A stretch of 64,000 nucleotides of DNA from Candidatus Latescibacterota bacterium (lineage in GTDB: Bacteria > Latescibacterota > UBA2968 > GCA-2709665), in contig CBDCOX010000002.1 in NCBI GenBank assembly GCA_965219995.1, positions 1,216,001-1,280,000 on the forward strand, read 5' to 3'. The translations under genes and the position numbers were made by a program. Below are positions 30,962 to 41,700 of the stretch, piece by piece; positions within the stretch are counted from its first letter, which is position 1, and every line of letters begins with the position of its first letter. The notes below the pieces were generated by a model. That model was not told the DNA's origin. It worked only from the letters and a program-made list of their open reading frames with translations, and did no database searches.

Positions 30962-31912
30962 ATGAGCGACTGCCGCACATTGAGGGAATCGATGAACGCG
31001 CAAGGGGTCTTCGTCTTTGTCATGACTCCGATGAAGACGGCCCTGAACCGGCAGGGCGTCTACCGGATCGATACGGCGGGCCTGGAGAAAAATGCGCGAT
31101 ATTTCGGAGGGGTCAGGGGCCGGAAAACCCTGGTGATCTGTGGCGGTTCCGGGGAATTCTACGCACTCTCGCCATCGGAAGTCAGAGACCTGGCCGCCGC
31201 GGCGGTTGCGGGCGCGCGGGGGAAGTGCGCCATCGTGTGCGGTATTGGAGGAAGCACGGGAACCGCCGTGAAGATGGCGGAAAACGCCCAGCAGGCGGGC
31301 TGCGACGCCCTGCTTGTAATGCCGCACGACCCGATCGTCGCCCGCGGAGAGGGGGCGATCTGGCGGCATCATTGCGCAATCGCGAGAGCCGCTGACATCG
31401 GCATGATCCCCTTCCGGGCCCCCCGGCAACTCCTTTCAATCGATCTGGTAAAGCGGTTTTCCGGGATGGAAAGGGTCGTGGCCATCAAGGAGGAGAGCAA
31501 CGCGGTCGACTGGGTGCGTACCGGCTGCAGGGTTCTGGGCAACCGCGTACCCATCATTACCGGGGGCGGCGAGAATATGGCGCCGTACTACTATCTCGCG
31601 GGCGCCCGGGGGTTCACTACGGGGATGGCCAACCTCACGTTGCCGATGTCCATTGCCATGCACAACGCCTGCATTCGACGCCGCTGGAACGCTGCGATGG
31701 ATCTTCGCGACACCTTCGAGCCGCTGACTTCCCTGAGGGGCGAACTCGGAACGCCCATGCTCAAGGCGGGGCTGGAAATGATGGGTCTTGCCGGCGGGCC
31801 GATGCGGGTCGCGCCGGAGTCGCATTCGACGGGAACCCCGTCCGACGGCGTACTCACAGCAAAGGACCGCGCCAGGGTCCGTAGCCTGCTCAAGAAAAAG
31901 GGGGTGCTGTAG
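30962..31912 (+). CDS. DapA-family enzyme, KdgD-like (5-dehydro-4-deoxyglucarate dehydratase-like)
   Basis: TP motif, GGSGEFYALS, AGCDALLVMP, VVAIKEE (Schiff-base Lys); start set at ATG 30962. Confidence 0.8.
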   Translation: MSDCRTLRESMNAQGVFVFVMTPMKTALNRQGVYRIDTAGLEKNARYFGGVRGRKTLVICGGSGEFYALSPSEVRDLAAAAVAGARGKCAIVCGIGGSTGTAVKMAENAQQAGCDALLVMPHDPIVARGEGAIWRHHCAIARAADIGMIPFRAPRQLLSIDLVKRFSGMERVVAIKEESNAVDWVRTGCRVLGNRVPIITGGGENMAPYYYLAGARGFTTGMANLTLPMSIAMHNACIRRRWNAAMDLRDTFEPLTSLRGELGTPMLKAGLEMMGLAGGPMRVAPESHSTGTPSDGVLTAKDRARVRSLLKKKGVL

Positions 31913-32015
31913 TCCTCACACCCCGGCACGCCGCTTGTGCACCGTATCGGGACGGTCGACACGCAATCCAGTGACCGTCCAACGTAGATCGTTACCCGCG
32001 CTCCGCTCCAATCGA

Positions 32016-33263
32016 TTAGAGATTGCCTTCCCCGTCGAAGTTCATGGTCTCCGGTTCACCCGAGATTTCCACCTCATGAAACGCCGATAACTCCGGGAGC
32101 ATCGACTCGGACGCCCGGAGATGTTCCAGTTCCAGCGTTGAGCGTATCCGCATCACCCTCGCGTTGGGGTTTCCGCCGTTGCCGGACGCACCAATCGCGA
32201 TCTCGATCGCTTCCCTGTCGTTTTCGCCCACGATGGGTATGTACGCGCGATTCAGGAACGTGCTGGTCATCGCGTTGGCATACGTCGCCTGGAAGTCGAT
32301 GTTGTCGACGAGCCGCCGGGTGGTCACGTCGGCAAGACCGATCCCGTTTGCGTTGCCGTGCGTCTCAGGTGTCAGGTCCAATACGACGATGCGTCCGATA
32401 CGCGGTGAATCCGGCTCCTCGATCCCCTCCAGCCAAATCCGTCCGATGATATTGGGGTCCATTCCCGTACCGCTGATGTTCTTGCCAATCCGGTCCACGA
32501 TCAGGACGTCGATCCGTTCAACCGGCAGCCGCGGCATCAGTTGCCGGGCCTCGTCCAGCAATTCCGGCTCGACCGCCTCCAGTTCTTCCGGCGCCACGGC
32601 AACCACTCTTGCGGTTTGCTCATAAGCGTTCTCAAGGATCGCCACGCCCAGGGCAATGGGCGCCTCCCGAAGGATCATTCGCCCCCACGCCGGTATCATC
32701 CGCGGCAGTCCGGCCGCGCCCATCGAATGCGCCAGCGCGGCGCCCCGGTGCGACCCCAGCCCGATCGTCATCATCTTCATCAACCCGCTCTCGAACGGCC
32801 CCCGAAACGACGTGTGCGGCTTGACCCGATTCACCAGCACCACCGCGTCGGCCTCTTTCGCCAGCCGGTTCAGGACAACCGGAACACCGTCATCCGTTTC
32901 TCCGACCTGTACCACGTCCATCGTGGCTTCGACGGGCGCTCCCATCGTGGATTCGTCGATGCCGTACGAGGCGAGGATTTCCTTCTGCCCGTCGGCCGTG
33001 GCCCCGCCGTGACTGCCCATCGACGCGAGAACGAACGGCATGCCCCCCAGTTCCCGGACGCATTCCACGATGGCCCGGGTAATCGGCGCGATCCCGTGAA
33101 TGCCCCGGCTGCCGGCGGTAATCGCGACCCGGTCGCCCGCGGAAATGCGTTCGCCCAGCGATGAGTTCATGACGCAACTTCGGGTCTGAGCGACGGGGTC
33201 CGGCAGGCTTACGGCGGCGAATTTCTGCCGCAATGGAAACATCCTGGGAAAATCCATCTCCAT
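32016..33263 (-). CDS. Lactate-racemase-domain (LarA/DUF2088-like) protein
   Basis: AITAGSRGI, MGSHGGAT, NRVKPHT, ESGLMKMMTIGLG, GKNISGTGMDPNIIGR. Confidence 0.78.
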   Translation of the reverse strand: MEMDFPRMFPLRQKFAAVSLPDPVAQTRSCVMNSSLGERISAGDRVAITAGSRGIHGIAPITRAIVECVRELGGMPFVLASMGSHGGATADGQKEILASYGIDESTMGAPVEATMDVVQVGETDDGVPVVLNRLAKEADAVVLVNRVKPHTSFRGPFESGLMKMMTIGLGSHRGAALAHSMGAAGLPRMIPAWGRMILREAPIALGVAILENAYEQTARVVAVAPEELEAVEPELLDEARQLMPRLPVERIDVLIVDRIGKNISGTGMDPNIIGRIWLEGIEEPDSPRIGRIVVLDLTPETHGNANGIGLADVTTRRLVDNIDFQATYANAMTSTFLNRAYIPIVGENDREAIEIAIGASGNGGNPNARVMRIRSTLELEHLRASESMLPELSAFHEVEISGEPETMNFDGEGNL

Positions 33264-33277
33264 CCTTCTCAATCAGG

Positions 33278-34138
33278 TCAGGCTTTCGAATGGTAGATCC
33301 GGAACACCTTTGCCGCGTTTTTCGCCGTGATGCGTTCGAGTGCATCTTTCGAGAGTTCTGCTTTTCGGAGATAACCCAGCATCGGCGGCGTGCCCACGAT
33401 TGAACACGCCGGCGACGGCCGCGTATGGATGGTGTCCGTGGCGAACATCAACCGATGCTTCCATCGCTTCAGGAACTTCAGCCCGAATGCGGGGTCTCGT
33501 GTGATGGCGTTGTAGCCCGATTGCGCCGAGAGGTCTGCATACAGATTCGAGTAATTCCGAAACAATACATCCAGGCGCCCGCCGGGCGTCACCGGCCCCT
33601 CCGGATAGCGCTCGCCTTCACCGATCTCCGCGGAGATCTCCCGCCAGAAATATTGCGCGTGGCCCACCCACTTCACGTTCCGGTAGGTCTTCAACATCCG
33701 TTCGAATCCGGGCAATCCGCGTTCGTCCCGGTTAATCCAGTGGTCGATGTGCATCACGATTGCCAGGCCCAGCCGGTCGCACGCCTCGTACACGCGCTGC
33801 TGCATCGGGTCGTCCACCGGCAGGCCGCACAGATTCTCCCCGTATCCCACGCAACCCTGGTCCATATAGTGTTCGAGGATCGGGTACGGATTGAAGCTCC
33901 CGGGGTACCGGTGTCTCGGATCCACGGCGCACAACGGAAGCAGCCGGTCCCGGTGCGGTCGGGTCAGCTTCAGCAACTCCTTCGTTGTCAGGTAGAAGTC
34001 AAGCTCTTCCGGCACTTCCACCGCCATCACAATCCCCTTTTCGATCCCGTGGCGGTCCATCCAGCGCAGGAGTTTCCCCGGGGTCAGGCCGGGGTCTTCC
34101 ATAACGAGTTGTCCAAGATGCAAGTGCGTATCGATCAT
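33278..34138 (-). CDS. Amidohydrolase_2 family metalloenzyme, paralog B
   Basis: IDTHLH, VMH, VGH, NLYADLSA, RLMFATD; true start ATG 34138. Confidence 0.9.
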   Translation of the reverse strand: MIDTHLHLGQLVMEDPGLTPGKLLRWMDRHGIEKGIVMAVEVPEELDFYLTTKELLKLTRPHRDRLLPLCAVDPRHRYPGSFNPYPILEHYMDQGCVGYGENLCGLPVDDPMQQRVYEACDRLGLAIVMHIDHWINRDERGLPGFERMLKTYRNVKWVGHAQYFWREISAEIGEGERYPEGPVTPGGRLDVLFRNYSNLYADLSAQSGYNAITRDPAFGLKFLKRWKHRLMFATDTIHTRPSPACSIVGTPPMLGYLRKAELSKDALERITAKNAAKVFRIYHSKA

Positions 34139-34172
34139 TGTCCGTTCTCTCGTGTGCGCTGAAAAGGTCCCT

Positions 34173-34994
34173 TTAAAACCTGAATACCTTTTCGGCATTC
34201 TTCCGCGTGATGCGTTCAAACGCGTCTTTCGACAGCGGCGCATCCTTGATGTACTCGACAATGGGCGTTTCCTGTCCCACCCTGAGATAGTCGGTGGCGA
34301 ACATCAGCCGATGTTTCCATCGCTTCAGGAACTGCAGGCCGAACTCCGGGTCCCGCGTGATCGCCCCGTAACCGGAGCCAGCGGAAAGGTCCGCGTACAG
34401 ATTCCGGTACTTTCGAAACAGCGCGTCTACCCTGCCGCCCGGGGCCACTTTCCCACGGGGATAACCCACTCCCCCTTCCACGTTTCCCGATATCTCGCGC
34501 CAGAAATGGGGTGAATGCCCGATAAATTTCACGTTTCGGTACGTCTTCAGCATGTTCTCGAACCCGGTGAGGCCCGGTTTGTCCCGGTTGATCCAGGAAT
34601 CGAAATGCATGACGATGGCAATATTCAGCCGGTCGCACGCTTCGTAGACCCTTTGCTGCATCGGATCGTCCACCGGCAATCCGCACAGATTCTCCCCGTA
34701 TCCGACACATCCCTGGTCCATGTAACCGGCAATGATGGGATAGGGCTCGAACCGCCCCGGATACCGGTGCCGGGGGTCCACGGCGCAAAGCGGCTTCAGC
34801 CGGTCGCGATGCCGGCGCGTCATTCTGAGCAGCTCCTTCGTTGTCACGAAGAAGTCCAGTTCCTCCGGCACCTCCACCGCCATCACCACCGCTTTTTCAA
34901 TGCCCTGCCGGTCCATCCATCGAAGCAGTTTGGAGGGCGTCAATCCCGGGTTGTCGAACAGGAGTTGCCCCAGGTGAACGTGTGTGTCGATCAT
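34173..34994 (-). CDS. Amidohydrolase_2 family metalloenzyme, paralog A
   Basis: IDTHVH, IGH, NLYADLSAGSG, RLMFATDY; close tandem paralog of the neighbouring gene. Confidence 0.9.
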   Translation of the reverse strand: MIDTHVHLGQLLFDNPGLTPSKLLRWMDRQGIEKAVVMAVEVPEELDFFVTTKELLRMTRRHRDRLKPLCAVDPRHRYPGRFEPYPIIAGYMDQGCVGYGENLCGLPVDDPMQQRVYEACDRLNIAIVMHFDSWINRDKPGLTGFENMLKTYRNVKFIGHSPHFWREISGNVEGGVGYPRGKVAPGGRVDALFRKYRNLYADLSAGSGYGAITRDPEFGLQFLKRWKHRLMFATDYLRVGQETPIVEYIKDAPLSKDAFERITRKNAEKVFRF

Positions 34995-35071
34995 TTCCGT
35001 TGCCCCATCTGAAAGCGTTTGACCCTCAACAGCCCGTGGCTCGGTCGCGCGTTTCCGGACCTGCCACCGGC

Positions 35072-36220
35072 TTACCCGTCTTTCGGACTTTTCCGAAGTG
35101 TGTCCATGATGAGCAGCGCGATCGACTGTACGGTCTCGTCGAGATCCGAATTCTCGAATGCCGGCACGCCGGATCCGTCGCCAATGTCCAGAATATGCTG
35201 TTGAATTCTCATGATCTGGTCCAGGTACTTGACGTACCGATGCCGCGTGCGACGGAACGCGCCCTTTCCCCGACTCTCAAACCGGTCTGTAAATTGTTGC
35301 AAATCAGTTAGATATAGATTTACATGAATGAATAACGCCTTCTTGGCGTATTCTTCCAGTTCGAGCAGGCCGGGCATCAGGTGAACGCCGTCCACGATCA
35401 GGCTGGCATTTTCGTCGATCGCCCGTTCGATGGTCGCCCGCACCCCCACGCAGACGCGCGCCGCCTGCTCGCGAAAGCCGTAGATGACGGGATCGGGCGC
35501 CTCGACGGTGGGTACGGGGATCGCCTCCCACGCCGCGTATGACGATACCTGCAGCGCGGGCATGAGATCGGACGCGATCATCAATCGCATCACCTGACGG
35601 ATCTCGTCGGTCGACGCCACTCGCGACACCCGCAGCAGATTGGCCAGCGCCACGCCGACGGTTGTCTTGCCGACGCCCGTCGCGCCGCCGATCAGGACGA
35701 TCAGAGGAGTTGTCGGCCCGCCCTTGCGAAACTGGTTCCAGATGCCGTACCGCTCCGCAAACGCGTCGCCGGAATCGCTGCGGAGCACCTTCATCGTCGC
35801 TTTCAGAATGTCGTCGCGGGTAACCACCGTCCGGTCGTTCTGGATGAAATCGCCCTCGATCCGCTCGGCGATCCGATATGCCTGACTCTCATCCACGCCG
35901 GTGATGGCCAGAGAGTCGGAGAGATGGTCTTTCGAAAACGGCCGGGAGCCCAGGTCGTCCTCGACCAGGATCTGCCGGGACCGCGGCGCCCAGAAAACGC
36001 CGTCTCCAACGGTACGGTCGGCGAAAAGCTCGCGCGCGTGGGTATGGACCAGGTCGATCATCTTGCCGGCGGGCACCTTTTTCTGTTTTTGAATGGAACT
36101 CCTGACCCGGTCCGCGACCTGGTACGCCTCTCTGAACGAGAACCCCTGCTCCAGCAGATAGTGCGTGAGCATTCCTCTCAGGAACGGAATGCGCCGCCCG
36201 CTATCTACGATGATGGCCAC
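35072..36220 (-). CDS. 2-phosphoglycerate-kinase-like protein: two ATP-cone domains and a P-loop kinase
   Basis: PFLRGML and PFSKDHLSDSL (ATP-cone starts); LIGGATGVGKTT; STDEIRQVMR; IVDGVHL. Confidence 0.82.
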   Translation of the reverse strand: MAIIVDSGRRIPFLRGMLTHYLLEQGFSFREAYQVADRVRSSIQKQKKVPAGKMIDLVHTHARELFADRTVGDGVFWAPRSRQILVEDDLGSRPFSKDHLSDSLAITGVDESQAYRIAERIEGDFIQNDRTVVTRDDILKATMKVLRSDSGDAFAERYGIWNQFRKGGPTTPLIVLIGGATGVGKTTVGVALANLLRVSRVASTDEIRQVMRLMIASDLMPALQVSSYAAWEAIPVPTVEAPDPVIYGFREQAARVCVGVRATIERAIDENASLIVDGVHLMPGLLELEEYAKKALFIHVNLYLTDLQQFTDRFESRGKGAFRRTRHRYVKYLDQIMRIQQHILDIGDGSGVPAFENSDLDETVQSIALLIMDTLRKSPKDG

Positions 36221-36405
36221 GATTGCCCCCTGAGATGACGCGGTGAGAACCCGCGTTCTGACTGAAATAAGACAGCGCAGCCGCGAAGAACGGCCCCGCC
36301 GGAATTAGGCTGGGCGGCCAAGAGATGTCAACCGAAAACGCACGCGACCGGCGTTGGCCTTCGCCCTCTCGAACGTTCGTGCGGCAGGTCCATCTACAGG
36401 AACGA

Positions 36406-37545
36406 TCACCCCTTGTACGGGATGAGATCCAGTGGATACTCAGACAGGGTTTCCACGCCCGCAGGCGTGATTGCGAACGTGTTTTCCAGGCGGATTCCAG
36501 CGCGAAGTTCGTCGCTGTACGCCCCGGGTTCACAGGAAAAGACGTCTCCAACTTCAAAGATCCCGTCCCGGTCCCGATTGATGTCCGGCGCCTCGTGGGG
36601 CCGCAGCCCCACGCCGTGGCCGCCGTGGTGGATCAATCCCGAGTCCGCCAGGTGCGGGTGCTCGCGAATGCGCGCGTCGATGGTCTTCCACAGAGCGGTC
36701 GCGCTCTGCCCAGGCCTCACCAGCCCCGGAATGTCGATCAGAATGCCGGCGAGGTGTTCATAGACCGACATCTGCAGGTCCGTTGGCTCCCCGCCCACGG
36801 CAAAAGTGCGCGCGAGGTCCGACCAGTACCCGCGATAGGTGGACTGAGCGTCTATGATGTAGAGTTCGCCCGCCTCTATCTTTCGGTCTCTCGCTGTTCC
36901 GCCGATGACGCCGGCCTGATAGTCGCCCCCGTGGTACACCACCTCCCCCGCGGCGCCCATGGCCGCCTTCTGCGCCTCCGCCAGCACGTCCAGTTCGTTC
37001 ATCCCGGGTTCCATCACTTCCTGTGCTCGCGTGTAGGCGGCCAGATCGACCCGGATGCTCTTTCGCAACAGCGCCAGTTCGTCGGCATCCTTCCGTTTGT
37101 GCATTTCCGCGAGCAGGTCGTCGACGGGCGACCAGGTATCCGGCGAAAGCCGGGCGTCCACCGTTTCCGCCAGCAGCCGTTCGAGGCCCTCCTCCTGCCA
37201 CCCCACGCGGGAGACCGGCTTCGCGCGGCTCAGCCCGGCCGAGACCGCGCGGTTCAGCAGCCGGAGGGGGTCGGGATTCATCGTACTCATCACGTGCCAT
37301 TCGTAGGTGATTCGATCGTCCACCAGCGCGTCACCCTCTTCGGTATGCGCCGCCAGCCATGAATCCCCATTTGTCTGGAAGAACATGAACGCCGGGAAGG
37401 GAAACGCCGGGAACGCCGATAACAGCAGCCCCGTCAGATAATAGATTTCGACGGGATCGGTGAGCACCACCGCGTCGATTCCCTCCGCATCCAGCTTCGC
37501 GCGCAGCCTGCGCTGCCGGTCCCTGCAGCCTTCGGGTGTCAACAT
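36406..37545 (-). CDS. Xaa-Pro peptidase family protein (M24)
   Basis: GYWSDLARTF, HHGGHGVGL..HE, CEPGAY, GIRLEN. Confidence 0.92.
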   Translation of the reverse strand: MLTPEGCRDRQRRLRAKLDAEGIDAVVLTDPVEIYYLTGLLLSAFPAFPFPAFMFFQTNGDSWLAAHTEEGDALVDDRITYEWHVMSTMNPDPLRLLNRAVSAGLSRAKPVSRVGWQEEGLERLLAETVDARLSPDTWSPVDDLLAEMHKRKDADELALLRKSIRVDLAAYTRAQEVMEPGMNELDVLAEAQKAAMGAAGEVVYHGGDYQAGVIGGTARDRKIEAGELYIIDAQSTYRGYWSDLARTFAVGGEPTDLQMSVYEHLAGILIDIPGLVRPGQSATALWKTIDARIREHPHLADSGLIHHGGHGVGLRPHEAPDINRDRDGIFEVGDVFSCEPGAYSDELRAGIRLENTFAITPAGVETLSEYPLDLIPYKG

Positions 37546-37691
37546 GGGCGGGACTCCTCTCGTTAGCCGGACGGTTTCACTGTTCAGAGTTCAGATTCCG
37601 TCGTATGATAACAGCGACATAGGCGGCCAGTCAAGCGAATTGGCGGCCAGAGGACCACCAGACCCGGGTACGATAAACCGAAAGGAACGCT

Positions 37692-38726
37692 ATGGCATCT
37701 TTTCGTGCCGGTGTGGTCGGCGCGGGGAGCATTTCCCGAAGACACATCAGCGCATGGCAGGCCCATTCCCACGTCGACCTGACCTGCATCGCGGATATCA
37801 GCGGGCAGGCCGCGAACGGCCGCGCGGATGAATTCGGCATCCGAAGCCGGTATACCAGCTATGTGGATATGTTCCGTGAGGAACGTCCCGAAATCGTCAG
37901 TATCTGCACGTGGATGAATACCCACGCCGAGATCGCCGTTGCCGCGGCGGAGGCCGGCATTGCCGGCATCCTGTGTGAAAAACCGCTGGCCGGCAGCCTG
38001 GAGGAGGTGGACCTCATCCTGGACGCCGCGGAAAAACACGGAACCCGCGTCGCCGTGGGGCACCACCACCGCTTCCGCGGCGCGTGCGAGAAGGGCCGGA
38101 ATCTGGTGTCGGACGGCGCGATCGGGCAGCCCGTACTCTTTCACGGCAGCACGTCAGGCGGCCTGCTGAACAACGGCACCCACTTTGTGGACATCGCGCG
38201 TTTCCTGATGGACGATCCTGCGCCCGCGTGGGTGATCGGGCAGGCGGTACGCCGCACCGACCGGCACGAGCGTCACGACCCTATCGAAGACCTCTGCGCG
38301 GGGATCGTCGCGCTCGAAAACGGGGCCCGGATCGTCATTGAAAGCGATATGCCGGAACCCGTGCCGCCGGACGGCGCGATGAGGCTTCAGGGAACGGAAG
38401 GCACGCTCGTCGTCACGTCCAGGGGCGCACGGCTGCTCGATGAAAACGGATGGCAGGAGGTCGACGCCGCCCAGGACACCGACGTCGGGGTCGCGCAGGC
38501 CGCCGAACTCGTGGACTGGATGGAAGGCCGCGTGGACGAGCACCGCAACGCCATCCGGAAGAACCGCGCGGTGATTGAAATCCTCATGGGCCTCTACGAA
38601 TCCGCGCGTATCCGCGACACGGTCACGTTTCCCCTCGCATCCGGACCCTCGCCCCTTCACCGGATGATCGAAAGCGGCGACCTGCCCGTTACGGTGCCAG
38701 GAAAATACGACATTCGGATCAGATGA
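37692..38726 (+). CDS. Gfo/Idh/MocA oxidoreductase
   Basis: GVVGAGSIS, ILCEKPLA, GGLLNNGTHFVD. Confidence 0.92.
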   Translation: MASFRAGVVGAGSISRRHISAWQAHSHVDLTCIADISGQAANGRADEFGIRSRYTSYVDMFREERPEIVSICTWMNTHAEIAVAAAEAGIAGILCEKPLAGSLEEVDLILDAAEKHGTRVAVGHHHRFRGACEKGRNLVSDGAIGQPVLFHGSTSGGLLNNGTHFVDIARFLMDDPAPAWVIGQAVRRTDRHERHDPIEDLCAGIVALENGARIVIESDMPEPVPPDGAMRLQGTEGTLVVTSRGARLLDENGWQEVDAAQDTDVGVAQAAELVDWMEGRVDEHRNAIRKNRAVIEILMGLYESARIRDTVTFPLASGPSPLHRMIESGDLPVTVPGKYDIRIR

Positions 38727-38783
38727 ATCTAGAGACTTTGGTTGATATGATTTCAGGGATGGCTTGAGCGGAGGATCAGCAGT

Positions 38784-41700
38784 ATGACGAGACGGAGCGA
38801 TCATCGTCTGAGTACAATATCTGCGCTGGCAGCGTGCCTTTTGGCATTGCTCTCCCCGCCCTGTGTGATTTCTGCTTCCTCGCCACCGGCAGACAGCGTG
38901 CATTTCTGTGCGGTGTTCGATTACGAGCAGTGGCTGCGGGACAATCCCCTGCCGGCAGGCAAGTTGGCGGCGGAACGAAACGTCGGCCCGCCGCGCACGG
39001 TCCGATTGTTCTACTTCCTGCCGAATGACCGACCGTTTCGTCAGGAGGTCGTGGATTCGATGAAAACGGTGATTCGCCTGTTACAGTCGTTCTACGCCGA
39101 GCAGATGCAGGCGCACGGCTACGGGGACCTGACCTTCCGCTACGAAACCGATGCCGGGGGCTTCCCGTTGGTTCACCGCGTGGACGGCGATTTCCCGGAT
39201 GGTCATTATTATGACAATACCGTGGGCCCTGTGATTCGGGAGGTGCAAGACCTGCATGACGAACGGGACAACGTCCAATTCATCGTCGTTGACAACGATG
39301 CCCGCGGCTCGATCGGACTTGGCGGCAACCGAATCGGCGGTGCCGGGGGTGTTGCGGGTCCGCCGAAGCGGAGCGGCTACGTGATGGTTCCCGCCGATTT
39401 CAGCTACGACACGGCTGCGCACGAACTGACCCACGGCTTCGGTTTGAACTGGCACGACTTCCGGGACCGAAGCTATGTCCTGTCGTACGGCAGCGGACGT
39501 CGACGGCTGTCTGATTGCAGTGCTGGTTTCCTGGCAGTAAATCCGTTCTTCAATCCGAATATTCCCCTCGATTGGTCGACGGGGCCCGAAATCGAACGTG
39601 TATCGCCATCCAGATATCCTGCCGCATCGAAAAGTGTCCCCGTCCGGATAAAGGCCGCGGATCCTGAGGGGCTTCAACACGTGATCCTGCAGGTGCTCAC
39701 GACCGAAATTTCCATTACTCGCGGAAGCGCCGAGGTCAAGGCCTGTCTCAAGTTGGACGGAGAAACGGAAACAGTCGTCGAGTTCGAATACGACGGCGTT
39801 GTCCCATCTTCCACCTATTCGACCCTACCCGATCGTCCTTCACACTATCTTCGGTTCGCAGCGATTGACAAGGACGGCGATGACAGCGTAACCCGATTCG
39901 GTATTGCCCAGAATTCGCCATACCTGACTGCCTCCCTTGTGGGGCGTTCGTCATATGTAAGTTCTGTGGACATTTCGCCCGACGGTGCCACTCTGGCTGC
40001 CGGATCGGGCGACAGCACGGTTGTCTTGTGGGACATGGACACACACGAACGGATCGACGTCCTGGGAGGACATTCCAAGACCGTCAGTTCCGTAGCGTTT
40101 TCTCCCGACGGATCGCTCCTGGCTGCCGGGACACAGGACGGCACGATAATGATTTGGGACATAGTTACCAGAGAAGCGGTCCCTCCTGTAGAGAAACATT
40201 CGGGATACATCGCCGATGTGGCGTTTTCACCGGACGGAAAAACGTTGGCTGCGGCTGGATGGTGGGATGATACAGTCAAACTGTGGGATGTGGCGACCCG
40301 GGAAGTGGTTGCAACCTTGCAGATGCCTACGCATCCCGTTCTTTCGGTGTCATTCTCATCGGACGGCAACACACTGGCCTCCTCATCGGGGGGCGCGGTC
40401 CTTTTGTGGGACATGGCAACACGCGACGAGGTTGCTACACTGGAACATTCGAGCGAGGTGCGTACAGTGGCGTTTTCACCGGACGGCGCCATGCTGGCTG
40501 TCTCCGTACCGGGAGCGCACTCAATTGTGTTGTGGGACGTCGCGACACGTCGGAAAATCACATCCCTACAGGGGGGCTGGGCCTGGGTCAACTCGATGGC
40601 ATTTTCGCCGGATGGCTCGACATTGGCGTTGGGAACCACCAGCGGCACCGCCGAATTATTCAATGTTCTAGCCGAAAAATTGGAGCAGGCGTTTCCGCAT
40701 ACAGCCGGTGGGGTCGCTTCGGTGCGATTTACACCCGACGGCGCCACCCTTGCTTCAGCATCGTCGGATGGAATTATAGAGTTGTGGAACACCTCCGAGT
40801 GGCTTCGGCCGCGTCCGTTTCGCCTCGCTATGATCTCCGGCGATGGCCAACAAGCCGCGCCAGGTGCCCCGCTCGAAAGTCCCTTTGTCGTGGAAGTGCG
40901 AGACCAGAACGGCAATCCGCTCCCGGACGTACCTGTAACGTTCACAGTCACAGCCGGCAACGGTACGCTTGGCAAGCAGTTTACAGTTGAGCGCGCAATA
41001 ACCGACACCGGCGGGCGGGCCAAGGTCTTTCTCACCCTTGGACCCGTTCGCGGAACAAACACTGTAAAGGTTACGCTAGGAGGGCGCGAACTGGCTGTTT
41101 TTCATTCCGAAGGTGTCGGAAGCACCGTCGACCTCGGCGAGAGAGATTTCCGGAGTTGGCATCTGCCGGATGGCGCGTTTGCGCGTCTGGGTAAGGGACG
41201 CATCAGCGGAGGCGACCACGCCGTGGATATTTCGAGTAATGGTCGATTTCTGGCCGTCACCACCGATTTGGGCGTATGGGTCCACGAGTTGGCGAGTAGT
41301 CTTGCCATGGCGTTGTTGCCTACCGAGCGTGCAGCCCGTTCAGTGTCGTTCACACCCGATGGAAAGACACTCGCTTTGGGGTACGGGGACAAGATAGCGC
41401 TATGGGATGTCGAAACGCGCAGACGGATCGGCACAATGGATGGGAAGAGGTTGTTTCTCCCCATCGCGGTGTTTTCACCGGACGGAACCACGCTGGCCGC
41501 CGGGTCAAATGACGGCACGGTGCACGTGTGGGACATGGCGACGCAACGATCGATTGCTGTGCTGGAAGGACATACGGATAACGTCAAATCGGTGGCGTTT
41601 TCGCCCGATGGCACGATGCTGGCATCCGGCTCAGCAGATCAAACCATCAGATTATGGGACGTAAACGATCGCAAAGAGATCGCCACACTTCAGGGACACA

